Positions 13,501-25,170 of a DNA stretch of 64,000 nt are shown here, in pieces. Location: contig NC_086374.1 in assembly GCF_036588685.1 (NCBI RefSeq), positions 29,326,001 through 29,390,000 of the forward strand, in the 5' to 3' direction. The DNA is from Mytilus trossulus. Lineage: Eukaryota. Within the stretch, counting starts at the first letter, position 1; the number at the start of each line of letters is the position of its first letter. The translations under genes were made by a program, and so were the position numbers. The notes under the pieces were generated by a model. That model was not told where the DNA came from. It saw only the letters and a list, made by a program, of their open reading frames with translations, and did not search any database.

Positions 13501-16500
13501 AATAAAATGACAAAAAATGAGACAAGGAAAAACAACTAAATCAAAATCCATTTATATATTATATTTGCTGCTTATGAATTCAACTGATGTTTACAAATTT
13601 CAATAACCTAAGAATAAAATCTATCAATTTAGTTATAAATATTTATGAACATATACAAAAATCACCTCATAATGCAAACTGAAATAAACTACCACTTCTG
13701 GTTCCCAGAACCAAGCATTTCTGGCTTCTGTAAGTATGTGAAAAATGCAAATGTTAACAAGCCGATGCATTGTCCAATAAAATTAGTTCTAAGATTGTCA
13801 AAGTTGGTTCGCTAATCGATTGTGTGATAAAGTATCATTAAAATCTACTACTTCTTAAATTATAAATATAATAATTTGTAATACTAATTTTCACTTGATA
13901 AGCATCTTGGTCCAAATCTTTGTTATATGTTTTAGTAGTCATGTACATGTACAATGATACAATTTTTGAAAATGCCAACAAATTTGCCAGCCTGCTCAAG
14001 ATAAATTTCAATTGAAATGCATTTTAATAGAATCATCATGACCCTCAAAACTTACTTTATTGGACTTAAAGAGGTAAATTAAAGTGGTAAGTTCCAAAAT
14101 TTTGAATATTGTAAAATGTTCTTTTCTCACCTGTGCAACACCTGTAACTGATATAGCTACACCAAATTGTGTGTACACATTTGGACTTTCAATGTGTAAA
14201 GTCATGGTGTTTAGGGAGAGTCTGAAAATCAAATGCTTCAAAAATTAACAAAATTATGCAAAACAAAATTACCATTGCAAACATAAAATAAAACTAAACT
14301 AAAACAGGATTATGCAAATCTACACATAGATGCATAATTAACCTATAATAGGGAAAACTGAACAAGCAATGCCAATACACAGGTCACCTGTTGAAATCAT
14401 ATATGTGTGTATGATGCTTGGTCTCCCCTTTCAAGTCATGATATTTCAAAATATTAGATGCTGATATAGCTTATATTCAAAAATTTGGTCACGACAAATA
14501 TACCTATCATATTCATTTGAAAATTTCAATTTATATTGTCCATAAAAGCACTTTTGTAGCTAAAATTTAGCGTAAAAAACATTCCAAATGTTTAACATGC
14601 TAAAGGAGTTATCTATTATTTTTAATTCTATCAATATTGTTATTGAATACATTATATCTTTGAAACTGTACATGAGACAACAAAAAATTATGATCATATA
14701 CAATGTAGATATAACTAACTTGATTACAGAAAAAATAAAAAATCATTTTAGAAGGGGGAAATTATTAAGTGTTTACAAAAAGGTAGTTAAAAATATTCTC
14801 TTTCATGAAAGGATTTTTTAATGATGCAAAATAACAGCAATAAAACCAAAATTTGGCGAGGCAATAAAACCAAAATATGACCAGGCAATAAAACCAAAAT
14901 ATGGCCAGGCAATAAAACCAAAATATGACCAGGCAATAAAACCAAAATATGGCCAGGCAAAAACAACAGGAGGCAGCATCCCAACAAAACTCTACATATA
15001 AAAACAAGAAGTTATACATATATATCACAATAAATAGTGACAGTCAGGTAAATTAACTTACTTGAGCCGTGCCCGTAACTGACACTGCCACCCCCTGGGC
15101 AGTGTATACGTGTGGACTCTCAATAGATAATGTCAAAGTGTTCAGATTCATTCTGGTCAGCACAAAAGAGTTAGTAATCAAGTATCATTAGCAAAGTTTA
15201 CTCATTAACTGATTTTAGAAGACATTACTTCTTAGTTACTGCCCAAGATTTTACAAAAAGCTTACGGTAAAAATAAGGAGTTGTGCAAATGACACAAGAG
15301 GACAAGGAAGTAAACAACTATAGGGGAATAGCATGATAAAATGCTTCCACCTAAATAACACCACTTTCCAAACCTCACCTACAAAAATATATTCCAGTGA
15401 TGATATCATGACATGTACAATGTATTCAACCTCTATCTATAGTAAGTGGTGTGACCAACGAAACATTTCACACCTTATTTGATGGAATTAACAAATCTGA
15501 GAGAAATTTAGAAACATTGTTGTTCCTTTTGATATGTTCTTAACATTTGCATACATGTACATACATATATATATATACATTTGTATCTCAGAATCAAAAG
15601 TACAAGATTCTTTTCATATTTGATCTGGACCGACTTTTATCCAATTTCAAATCTTTTTTCAATCCAAAATAGCTGCACAAAATCAAGTCAAGGTAAATTG
15701 TATAAAGTTAATACTAACATTTCATTGGAGCATAAAATCAGGTTCATAATTATTTAACACAAAATATATACGTGTTAAGCTAACATAACATGAATACATG
15801 TAATTCAAACATTGACCTACACTTAGTACTTGTGAGACATCATGGCCAATAACGTTCCGACACAAGATGTTATTGAACATCATACATTTACAATTTCTAT
15901 TTTTTTTAAAATCTGTATTTAATCTGAATCATGTTTGCAATATAATTATACATAGTTAAAAGCATGATGAGGAAGTCTAATGTTTGAAAACATCTCCCTG
16001 AATATGTTGAAATTATGATCAATAATCTGATTATCTTATGTGTTTTGTACTTTATTTGTATAAAATGTATTATATTTACCTCTGTAATTTCTGTATAACT
16101 GGCCATACAAAGCATCGACCACCAGGAACAAATAATGATCTACCATGACAACATCCTACAAAAGACAATAATTTCAATGCTTTATTCACTAAGCATGCTA
16201 AGTTACATTTTGTGTTGGTCAGTGGCTGCCTAACATGAAATTCTCTTTTTTCAGATACCAAAAGATATATACATGTAGTCACATAGTGTTTCTCAATTAG
16301 AAATTTTTAGTCCTGATGTAACAGCAACTTTACATTATCAAAAGTAAACAAACTTCATGAACTTACATGTTTCCTATTTCCTTTCTTATCCTTTATTCTA
16401 AGCTTTAGAAATAACCTTACTGAAAGTTTTTTGGTCATTTTCCAATAGGTACTGTTTAAGTCAGAATTTCTTCTATCATCATGATCATATAGGCCGACTT

Positions 16501-18801
16501 CATTTGGAACCCGAGTTCTGACTTAGAGTTCCATATGAATGGTAAATAATTTTGAAGACCTAGATTACTGGATGTGCAATGCCCTTACTCTAAATACGTT
16601 CAATTACAAATTTGATTGGATTGACTTCATAACAATCATCTGGGATATCAAGTCCATAACAAGAACCTGCAACAACCCAGGGCTCCTCGAGTTACTATTT
16701 GCAGAAAAGGTTTATCCAATCATAACAAGTGTTATATACATGTATAACCATGTCAATCCCATCTACTCTAGTCAGAGGTTGGGTTCCAAATGAAGTCAGC
16801 CTATAACTGCCTTCAACAACTTCAAAAATTATGTCATAGGCGGAAACGGCATGAATTGATTTTATATAAACAAATTAAAAAAATATTAGAAAAATGAAGT
16901 GTATAATAATTATGATGTACCTATCTTCCCTATATTTTTTATAGATGTAATAGGAAACACAAATATTACTTTATTTCAATATTTGGCTTAACAACAGTGA
17001 AGTTCATTTCTAAAGAAAACAATAAAAGCCTTGACTGACCTGCATTTTCTAGCAGAGCTCCAGATAAGAATTCACAAATTGGGGTTTTTACCCACCATTT
17101 TCTTATGTAATTGGGTGATAAAGATTTTCAATTGCATTATCAATTCAAATTCACCCCTCAAGTAAATATCAAATTGGGTTTTTCACCACCAGGCTCCTTA
17201 ATGTATTGGGTTTTTACATCAACACACTATTGAATATTTAGGCAATATCAACCCCGGATGTTTTTCCATCTTAAGTATGTTTCTTTCTTTGAATAATATG
17301 TGCTATAGCTGTTTTATTTTCTTAATTCACTGACGAGCAATTGTAGGTTTAATTTGTGTCCCATTTTTAACCTTCTGTCAGTTTTGTAATTTCTCACAAC
17401 TTATAATGTAAACTGTATATAACGGATATGTGCATTCCCAAGCACTCGTCTCAGATCTTTTTTTCTCTTATATACCTTTATTTAAAAATTCTGAGAGGAG
17501 TACCTGTGTGTGTATTCACTCATTAACCGTAAAACGAAAGAAAAAAAATAGTATATAAACTCTCACTATACTTGAATGTTTTTGTTTTATTCAATTTACA
17601 TAAATCTGGGTTAATTCATCCTTTATTAGAACTTTTGGTTTCCAATTACATATCATTTCATAATTGATTTGGCCTTTCACATTTTCTAACGGCAACTGAT
17701 TCAGTTTTTGACGAAGTCCCGTGTTTATTAGCAAATTATGTTCTCGTTGAGGTACGCAAACACGCCCATGCGTTCGACGGACGCTTCCTAAAAACACTGG
17801 CTGAGTGTTGTTATCATCATATCTTTCCTTCAGCTATGCAAAAGAAGCTGAAAACATGCTTCTATTCAATATTTTTATCGGACATTCACTTTCGTTTTCA
17901 TTCAATGTACAAAATGTATGTTATGATAAATCTCAAGCAATTCGAAAAAAAAATATGACAACATGACGCACGCTAATCGGATAAACGCTGAGAAGATCGA
18001 AATGATTTCAAAACCACGTGTACCTTTTGAGCAAGGGAAAATGCCAACAGGGACCCATTTCAGCTACTTGATATGCAGGAATCTATTTTTAGAACGAAAG
18101 GACATTTCCAATTATAAATATAATAAAAATATTATAGATTACGCAACAAGTGAAAACAGATAAGGGTAAATAACGCAAACGGTAGCCAACAAAAGGGTTG
18201 AGAACTCATGGTTTTGGCATATAATTGGGTTTTCCTTTGAATTAATTGGGTTATTGAACCCTGCAATGGGCAATTGCATTGGGTTTTCTATTTTTTGAAT
18301 TGCATGATCACGCAAATACGCAGCTTATCTGGAGCTCTGTTCTAGGGTCTGACTTCATAATTGCCAAAATTAATTTTGTAAATGAACATTTATGAATAGA
18401 TAAATGTAGGGGTCGAGTACAAAATTAAGTAATAATTTATCTAACACAGTAATAGTCCACTTTTGAACTGAATTTCTGTCCTTTTACCACAGTCACTTGT
18501 TTTTATCCTGTCATGGGAAGGTCGACTATCAATTTTCAAGGGAACATTTTTATTCAATCCACTCATGGTGGGTCTCTAAGCCATTGTGCATCAGTGCAGA
18601 TTATGTAATTAGTACCCACTTATAATAAATGGAAGAATTATTTATCTATAATGGGACACAGAGTTTAAAAGTAGCAACCCGTAAAGATATGTTTCGGCGT
18701 CCATTCGCGGGATATGTATGACTGTAATTATGACCTGATTATAATGCAATCTTACCCGAAACAACCATTACTTCGTTCGGTCCACATGTTTCGAACCCCA
18801 T
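1594..18801 (-). CDS. FLOT1: Flotillin-1 (SPFH/band-7 family), multi-exon, 3' end outside window. Constitutive coding exons: 18801-18756, 16155-16080, 10177-10034, 9307-9188, 3426-3274, 3064-2883, 2129-2084, 1731-1594, plus one exon-3 variant and one exon-6 variant
   Basis: Spliced translation [41 protein letters not shown]/[ex3]/[73 protein letters not shown].../[ex6]/EAIAEEARM.../[14 protein letters not shown].../[46 protein letters not shown]. All introns are GT-AG with compatible phases; 364 codons lie in the window. Confidence 0.96.
2200..2457 (+). repeat. High-copy interspersed repeat; inverted copies at ~19960-20010 and ~20529-20670
   Basis: 'ataaaattgagaatggaaatgg..tgtgtcaaagagacaacaacc..cagctggcccctaaa' matches the reverse complement of the other loci. 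Confidence 0.7.
5122..6380. mobile_element. Non-autonomous Tc1/mariner(pogo)-like element
   Basis: TA|CAGTCGATTCC ... GGAATCTACTG|TA, imperfect TIRs, subterminal 'ttgcata' repeats. Confidence 0.7.
8200..8295 (-). CDS. FLOT1: FLOT1 alternative exon 6b (96 nt): [32 protein letters not shown]
   Basis: cattag acceptor with CTAAC branch point, gtatct donor, phase 0/0, paralogous to 6a. Confidence 0.9.
8443..8538 (-). CDS. FLOT1: FLOT1 alternative exon 6a (96 nt): [32 protein letters not shown]
   Basis: tttcag acceptor, gtgaag donor, phase 0/0; lies within ORF 8296-8556. Confidence 0.9.
11539..11629 (-). CDS. FLOT1: FLOT1 alternative exon 3e (91 nt): (R)[30 protein letters not shown]
   Basis: ctttcag acceptor, gtaagg donor, open frame. 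Confidence 0.9.
12006..12096 (-). CDS. FLOT1: FLOT1 alternative exon 3d (91 nt): (R)[30 protein letters not shown]
   Basis: tttcag acceptor, gtaag donor, open frame. Confidence 0.9.
12436..12526 (-). CDS. FLOT1: FLOT1 alternative exon 3c (91 nt): (R)[30 protein letters not shown]
   Basis: ttttag acceptor, gtaatg donor, open frame. Confidence 0.9.
14131..14221 (-). CDS. FLOT1: FLOT1 alternative exon 3b (91 nt): (R)[30 protein letters not shown]
   Basis: ttttcag acceptor, gtgag donor; lies within ORF 14008-14241. Confidence 0.92.
14835..14960. repeat. 24-bp minisatellite (~5 copies) between FLOT1 exons 3a and 3b
   Basis: ggcaataaaaccaaaatatg(g/a)cca repeated. Confidence 0.9.
15062..15152 (-). 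CDS. FLOT1: FLOT1 alternative exon 3a (91 nt): (R)[30 protein letters not shown]
   Basis: cag acceptor, gtaagt donor, open frame, phase 2/0, TACTAAC branch-point-like motif upstream. Confidence 0.9.
16492..16801. mobile_element. ~310-bp MITE
   Basis: TIR ggccgacttcatttggaaccc / gggttccaaatgaagtcagcc flanked by TA(TA). Confidence 0.8.
17053..18339. mobile_element. 1.29-kb non-autonomous DNA transposon in FLOT1 intron 1
   Basis: Perfect 16-bp TIR CAGAGCTCCAGATAAG and 6-bp TSD TTCTAG (17047-17052, 18340-18345). Confidence 0.88.
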
Positions 18802-18849
18802 GTTGCAGACTTTTGCAAATCTGTAAACCCAACCCCATAAAATTTATCC

Positions 18850-18905
18850 AAGTTCCTGTTTATGCAAGCCGCACTGAATGAAAAGCTTAACTTTGATTGG
18901 CTGAT
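18850..18905 (-). promoter_or_regulatory. Probable FLOT1 proximal promoter with CCAAT box
   Basis: CAGCCAATC on the minus strand (~18895-18903), about 95 bp upstream of the ATG. Confidence 0.4.
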
Positions 18906-19128
18906 ACAGTAAAAAAAGGTTAAGGTCGTTCAATTTCGCAAGAACTTTTTATTTCACAATAACATATCACATGCCATTTGTGTATTGATAAATAACAAGT
19001 TTCCTAAAAAAAATATCTTTTATTTTACATATTATTGCATAAATAAATTATTCCGTCTTACACAGAATAATGATTGTCACAAAATTTTAAAATCAAAGTA
19101 CTAACGTACTGTTTATTCTATGGACAAC

Positions 19129-19156
19129 CAGAGACATATAATATTATATGTCTCTG
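19129..19156. mobile_element. 28-bp near-palindrome with 7-bp TSD (putative P-type excision footprint)
   Basis: GGACAAC|CAGAGACATATAATATTATATGTCTCTG|GGACAAC. Confidence 0.75.
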
Positions 19157-19281
19157 GGACAACCGAGTAACTTTAAGTAAAGTGAGGATATAGTCGGTTA
19201 AAAGCTCATTAGAGCTTTTGATGTCTCTGTTTTGTATACCTTGCCGACTCTAAATAAAGTTTATTTATTTATTTATTATAG

Positions 19282-19314
19282 CAGAGACATATAATATGTT
19301 ATTATATGTCTCTG
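19282..19314. mobile_element. 33-bp near-palindrome with 7-bp TSD (putative P-type excision footprint)
   Basis: ATTATAG|CAGAGACATATAATATGTTATTATATGTCTCTG|ATTATAG. Confidence 0.75.
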
Positions 19315-20949
19315 ATTATAGGTACTTGCGAATAGGATACCCGGCATTTGGGTGGCCCTGTGTAGGACTGCGGTCCAAATAATATGTATGCCGTTTTAAT
19401 ACGGCTTTTTGATTACAAAAAATTGGACGCCTTCACGGTCGTAGGAAGGCGTAACAGCAAATTCAAATATAGCATTTCTAGACGTCATATGAATTATATG
19501 CTTACTGGACTAGTGTAGGAGTAGCCCGACAAATGACCTTTGCGTTATAATAACAATGTATAAATAACGCAAACCTTTGCGCCATGTAGCGCAAACATTT
19601 TCGAAATAACGCAAACCTTTGCGATATAACGCAAACATTTGCATTATAACGGAAACATCTTGATTTCAATTTCAAGTTTTGTGTATATGCCAGTCTGTCA
19701 ATAATTTCGGTTGTGCATGATTTACTGGAAAAGACCCATAAATACAAGGCAAAATCATTATGATAAATATACATAGGAATAAGGGAATACTTGAAGTGCA
19801 ATTATATAGATATAGAACGATTTGACATTGTGCATTAGAAAAGTAAATATAGGTATGGTATGGGCATATTCAGTAATTGAAAGAGCAAAAATAATGTCAT
19901 ACAATTGTGAAACTTTCAAGACAAATAGACAAAATGTTCTTTCTGTTTAAATGAATTAATCGGGTTGTTGTCTCTTTGACACATTCCCCATTTCCATTCT
20001 CAATTTTATTAATAAATAAACATTTTTTCTAAATTTTGATGCAAGAAATCTCAGAATATGATAAATATTCTTTGATAGAAATTCATGGAATTTTCATTTC
20101 AATATAGTGGAGTAACTTCAAGATGCTTGTGTAGCAATTTGAATAGAGAGAACATAATTTTAATAATAAAACATCTTTATTTCATTGCAAACGATAGCTT
20201 GTTTAGATCTTACCACCTTATACAAACCTCAAACAAGAGCTTACTTTGAAAATATATATCAAGTTATATTTGGCTGTATTAGCAGGGTTGATTTTTTAAA
20301 TTCTGCGATATAACTTCAATTTACTCCATTCTCTGACTAGGGTGGAAAATTGTCTCGTTGACATTCATACCACATCTTCTAAAATCTATTATTCTACTCA
20401 GTATTCGTCAATGATATGTTCTAAATATTCACGACAATCATTTTACAAAGGGGAATACATTTTAATATATGTAGCCTTCTCCATGGCATTTATAACTGCT
20501 GCCTCCTTTGAACCTTTTAATTCATATTTTAGGGGCTAGCTGAAGGACACCTACGGGTGCGGGAATTCTCGCTACATTGAAGACCCATTGGTTGCCTTCG
20601 GCTGTTATCTGCTCTATGGTCGGGTGGTTGTCGCTTTGACATATTCACCATTTCCTTTCTCAATTTTATATAAAAAGCCAAAACCATAATAGGTATTTGA
20701 TTTCGGCTTCTCAAGTTGAGACTGACTGTTTAAGATGTTAGCCGTCAAGTTTACTGATATACTGTCGATCAGTTTGTCATCTTTTCTTATTGCAGAGATG
20801 AACTTAGTTTGTTGTCATTTTTCATACGTTAATGTATGTATGCAAGTTCTTTGGTTGTTTAAGTCTGATGTTGTCATGCATATGGTGGTACTTCTACTGC
20901 TAGGTCAAATGTCAATTTTTCAATGAAGTTCCAGTAGGTATTACGCATT

Positions 20950-21760
20950 TCTCTTTATTATGTTCTTTTTAGTTGTTATATTTTTACATTTGTTCTGGAC
21001 TCTTTTTGCTCTTTTCATGTAGTCAATTTTATTTTTCATAATTTTTAAGTTGTTATCAAACCAGGGCAGTGTTTTCCTGTTCGTTATAGTCTTTTGGTCA
21101 ATGTTTTGTCTTGCTTTATCATGTATATATAAGTAGTCTGTTAGTGAATGCTTTCTAGAGATTATTAGTGTATGAACTATGGTGAGAATCTTTAATATCT
21201 TGTGTGAGTTAATTTGTTAGCGTCTTGTTTGATATTTCCTAGTTAGCTTTTTACATACTATTTTGTTTCTCTGTTTTTTTCTTATTCGTTTCAAAGATAT
21301 TGCATGTTCTGCATAGACAGTATCGTGGTCTGCAATTCCGATAGGGGGCATATTCTCCACTTTGTTTATTTTGCTTGGTATATGTTTGTTAATTTGAGAC
21401 CAAGTGTTCTTTCTCACCTTGTGTGGTTTTTTATGACAATCTGCTCAAGGTAGTGTATGTTTATGATGTTTAGAAGTTGTTCTTGAAGGTTGAAATCTGG
21501 TTTGCTAGGAATGGTGCATGGGATATCCACGTTCATAACCATAGTTAAAGTTGCCACCACGGTTGGTTGATACGATCTAGTGAGATTTTATACTGTTCTA
21601 TTAATGTGCCATTGATGCAGAGTCTGTTGTTTTGATTTCTTCGGATAGTTGGATGGTGTACCCCCATAGCTAATATAGTAACGTTAGTGCTCGTAGGTAT
21701 GTCTTTCCTATATACAGTATAGTCTATCATTGGGAAAATTGGAACTGTCATATTCCTAAC
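20950..21760 (-). mobile_element. Degraded LINE ORF2 (AP-endonuclease region) relic
   Basis: Fragmented frames with DYTVYRKD, PPIGIADHDTVY (SDH-like motif) and LPWFDNN; frameshifted. Confidence 0.55.
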
Positions 21761-21914
21761 TTGGTAATGGCATTTTTTCATATAAATAATGGTAGATTAA
21801 AACTGGTTTTATATATATAGCTAGATCTTTCGATTGCATGACTGTCGCAATTCATCATTTTCAGGTGTCCACAGTATTTGATGGCTTTCCATTCATATTT
21901 GACCTTCTCTGAAA

Positions 21915-22200
21915 TGTCTCGAGTGCGGTAGGTCTGTTGGTGCGTCAAATCCAGGCCGGGGCAAACTAAAGACTTGAAAATCGAAATTTGCTACTTCTCC
22001 ACTAAACACGCAGCATTTAGGAGTAAGAGCCAACACTTGTTAGCTTTGCGTCAGAATATTTTGTCCGAGTGGGGTGAAATGTCTTCCTGGTGATTGTAAC
22101 CATGGGAATCACCATATAAAATATCCCGATCAGCTTTTTGATCTAGTACAAAGCAGGGTTTATACTCATATTGCATTACCATTTTCTCGTCCTGAATATG
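21915..22200 (+). mobile_element. Degenerate mollusc SINE-like repeat
   Basis: Resembles the tRNA-derived head plus '..aaagact..aaaat..tttgct.cttctcc.ctaa.cacgcagcatt.aggagtaagagc' core, as I recall it from bivalve SINEs. Confidence 0.45.
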
Positions 22201-23481
22201 CATTTGTTTTGCAACCGGATATTACATAGCGGTCCATCTATTCATCAAGTTAACAATTGTTTAAAACAACGGATAGCAAAATAGAATGGCCATTCTCCTA
22301 TATATAACCATATATAACGAAGGTCATAATGACATTCATATTTTCGAAACTGTCTATCATATAGCCTTTCTGTCTAGCTTCGAATGTTTTATCGTCTTAA
22401 AAGAAAACTAAATCTATTCCTGAACTCTTGAAATACACTGAAAAGGTTAGTTAAATGTCGCAAAGAAATACGACAAAAACTAGTTCAAAGCAACATAAAC
22501 ATCAATAGCTCAAGAGTTATCCGCAAGCAGAACAGCAACACCCCCAAACCGTTCCAGGACTGAATAAGACTTTTTAAATGTGAAAACTATTTTCAGTCCT
22601 GAAATGGTTTGGAAGGCCGATCCACAACGTGTTTCGTCTACATAAGACTCACCAGTGGCGCTCGAATCAAAATAGTTGGATGTCCAAATCGAATTGATAC
22701 AAAGTTAAGAGGTTTATATAATTGATTTTTTTTTTGTGATGGTTTGTGTGGATTCATGTCTTCATACATAGAAGTACTTACAGTGTTCATTCAAAACTCA
22801 TGAGACAGAATTTTTATAGTATATGATGTTCATAAAGCGACGATTATTTAAAACTTGTTAGTTCCCTTTTCTCTTATTTTTTTTATATCTTTTATATTAA
22901 TGATTTTAGTGCAATACATTTATTTTCAAGTGTTATCAATTTAAATCGATATATGATTTAAAACGTTTGATTGAATTCGCAAAAAAAAAACAGTACCGGC
23001 GTCATTTATTTGTATTTGATGAAGAATCGAACACTTTAGATATGATATTTGGTATGTGCCGAATAATATACCAGTCAGAATTCTCACACTGTCAAATCCG
23101 AACTTTAAGGACTAGATTCTGTATTCAAATCCGTTTGGCTTGTAAAATAAATCTAAGAGTAGAATGTTAGCATTCTGTGAATGAAAAATATTAAATTTGA
23201 ATGTCACATTAACTTTATAATGATGAGTTAAATCAACTGATTAGCAATTCAAGAGACACAAACAACCTCTAGTAGATTTAAAATTAATTATCATTATAAC
23301 GTATTTCATATAAAATTACCTATCGATTAAAATTTAAACTACACAAAAACACAAAAACTCAAGCTTAAGAGAGAAACTATAGAATTACATAAGTATACTC
23401 ATATTCTTATAACTTAAAAGTCAGTTGATTGATTTATAATGAATATTAAGTGTATATACCAAAACTTAGTCAACGAGTTCC

Positions 23482-24066
23482 TTATAAGATGGTACAGCAA
23501 CTATCTGACGTTTGTGATGAGCTGTAGTTATTACGTTGATAACTGGCTGCCGGACGGCTGTAACTCGAATGCCCATAAGTGATAGCGGGACGACTCTGTT
23601 CAGGTTCTTTTATCTTCCGTAACAAAACTGTTATTGGTTCAAGGAAGAAAGTCTGTAGCCATGAAAGTTTATAACACATGATCTTCTTAACTGCTACTCG
23701 AGCTTCGCCCACTACCACGCTTTGAACGGCTGCGACTGTAACATTAGTAGACCTTAAATTGAAAAACTCATTTTGGCTGTCACCACATGCATCAGGATTC
23801 AAAAATATGCATTTTCCTTCCATTATATCGGGTGATAGCTTCAGACAAAGTAGAACAAGAGTTTGTTCATCTACATTTGATAGGTTGTAATATTGCTGAT
23901 AATAAGTGAGTCGGGTTAAGTCATATCCTTTGTTTTCCAAATTTAGAACAACGCACATACAATTCAGATAGTACATCAGTTTAGCCCTTGGGTCGTTTGG
24001 AACAGTAACGGTTACACCAGTTGTCTCAACACCAACTCGATTGTTACGGAGAACTACCGCTGCCAT
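23482..24066 (-). CDS. Uncharacterised 194-aa single-exon protein, paralogue 1, C-terminal CCTIL (CaaX)
   Basis: Clean ORF with gcaATGG start; aligns along ~150 aa with ORFs 29317-29928 and 32654-33118. Confidence 0.88.
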   Translation of the reverse strand: MAAVVLRNNRVGVETTGVTVTVPNDPRAKLMYYLNCMCVVLNLENKGYDLTRLTYYQQYYNLSNVDEQTLVLLCLKLSPDIMEGKCIFLNPDACGDSQNEFFNLRSTNVTVAAVQSVVVGEARVAVKKIMCYKLSWLQTFFLEPITVLLRKIKEPEQSRPAITYGHSSYSRPAASYQRNNYSSSQTSDSCCTIL

Positions 24067-24159
24067 TGCACAGAAGCAGTGAAAGAGAGGTATAATTTAA
24101 AAACTTAAATATGACACAATATATTTACTCTTAGTGAAAAAAGAAAGAAATCCCGAGAC

Positions 24160-24180
24160 TTTATATGTAAATCCGGAAGT
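24160..24180 (-). promoter_or_regulatory. TATA-like (CATATAAA) plus ETS (CCGGAAGT) motifs upstream of paralogue 1
   Basis: About 95-115 bp upstream of the ATG; paralogue 3 has the same CATATAAA at ~32594. Confidence 0.45.
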
Positions 24181-25039
24181 AATGACAAGTGGTTAACCAA
24201 TGAAAAGAACTCCTGAAGAGTTTTATCTACATTCTTTAAATTTCTTAAGTACTAGTTAATAGTTATCAATATCATTTATTTTAAAATTTTAAAATTGATT
24301 ATATGTTTCTTAACGTAAGAAATAAACCCCTGCCTTACAATTGATAGCATAACAGAAGTACTGCTGGTGTGGTGTTTATAGTATGGCTGCTTCGCATAGC
24401 GCTTCATAGAAGTGGACTACTGAAATTGTACACCTTCATTAGCCGCTTAATCGATCTCGATAGCTCCACCCGACCACTTCTTTCAGTCAATGTAACCAAA
24501 GTACTTAATAATGTAGACTATTCATAAGTCAAATAGCACCATTAATATCTAGTTACAATCTACAATCAAGACAGTTAAAGATAAAAAAATTAAAGAATAA
24601 AACAATGGTGCTACTCTTATAGACTGTCATTGATGATTGGACTCAGCCAGCCTCTTATTTTTTAAGATTGAACAATTCAATTATCTATAGTGGATAAATA
24701 TCAACAGGGTAGCTTATGCCATTGTTTCTCAAATTTTAATTATACCGTGACCCTTGCATTTCAAATGATTGCGTTTGCGAGTTTCTGGTGAAGTGAATTC
24801 CAGAAAAGTGCGACCGTGAGGGAGGCAGGAAGGTCATTTTAGTGATAATTTTATATTTTCTCAGTTTGTTCTCTCTCCTTTAATGATAACCATTAATGTT
24901 CATTCCTATTTATCTGATATATTGATCATTACCTTATTTCAAACTTGATATCAAAATGTTCGAGCTTTACCATGTCTTCATTTAAAAGGAATTTGAAACT
25001 TTATTCGTATCATCATACGATAAATGTGTCAAATACAAT

Positions 25040-25170
25040 AATGATATTGACCTCTAAAACACTTCCTCTTTAAGTAATACTCATGAGTTCTCGGAAGCTT
25101 TGCTGGTAGTATACTGTTAAATCATGCATGGAAAATCCTCTTTTCACTTTGTTTTACCTATCTATCGCCT
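25040..25170 (-). promoter_or_regulatory. Conserved upstream block with GAS (TTCCGAGAA) and ETS (GAGGAAGTG) motifs
   Basis: Reverse-complement homologue of 31440-31590; ~1 kb upstream of paralogue 1. Confidence 0.55.

Noticed and set aside
14765-15028. Repetitive hydrophobic ORFs
   Set aside because: Products of the 24-bp minisatellite
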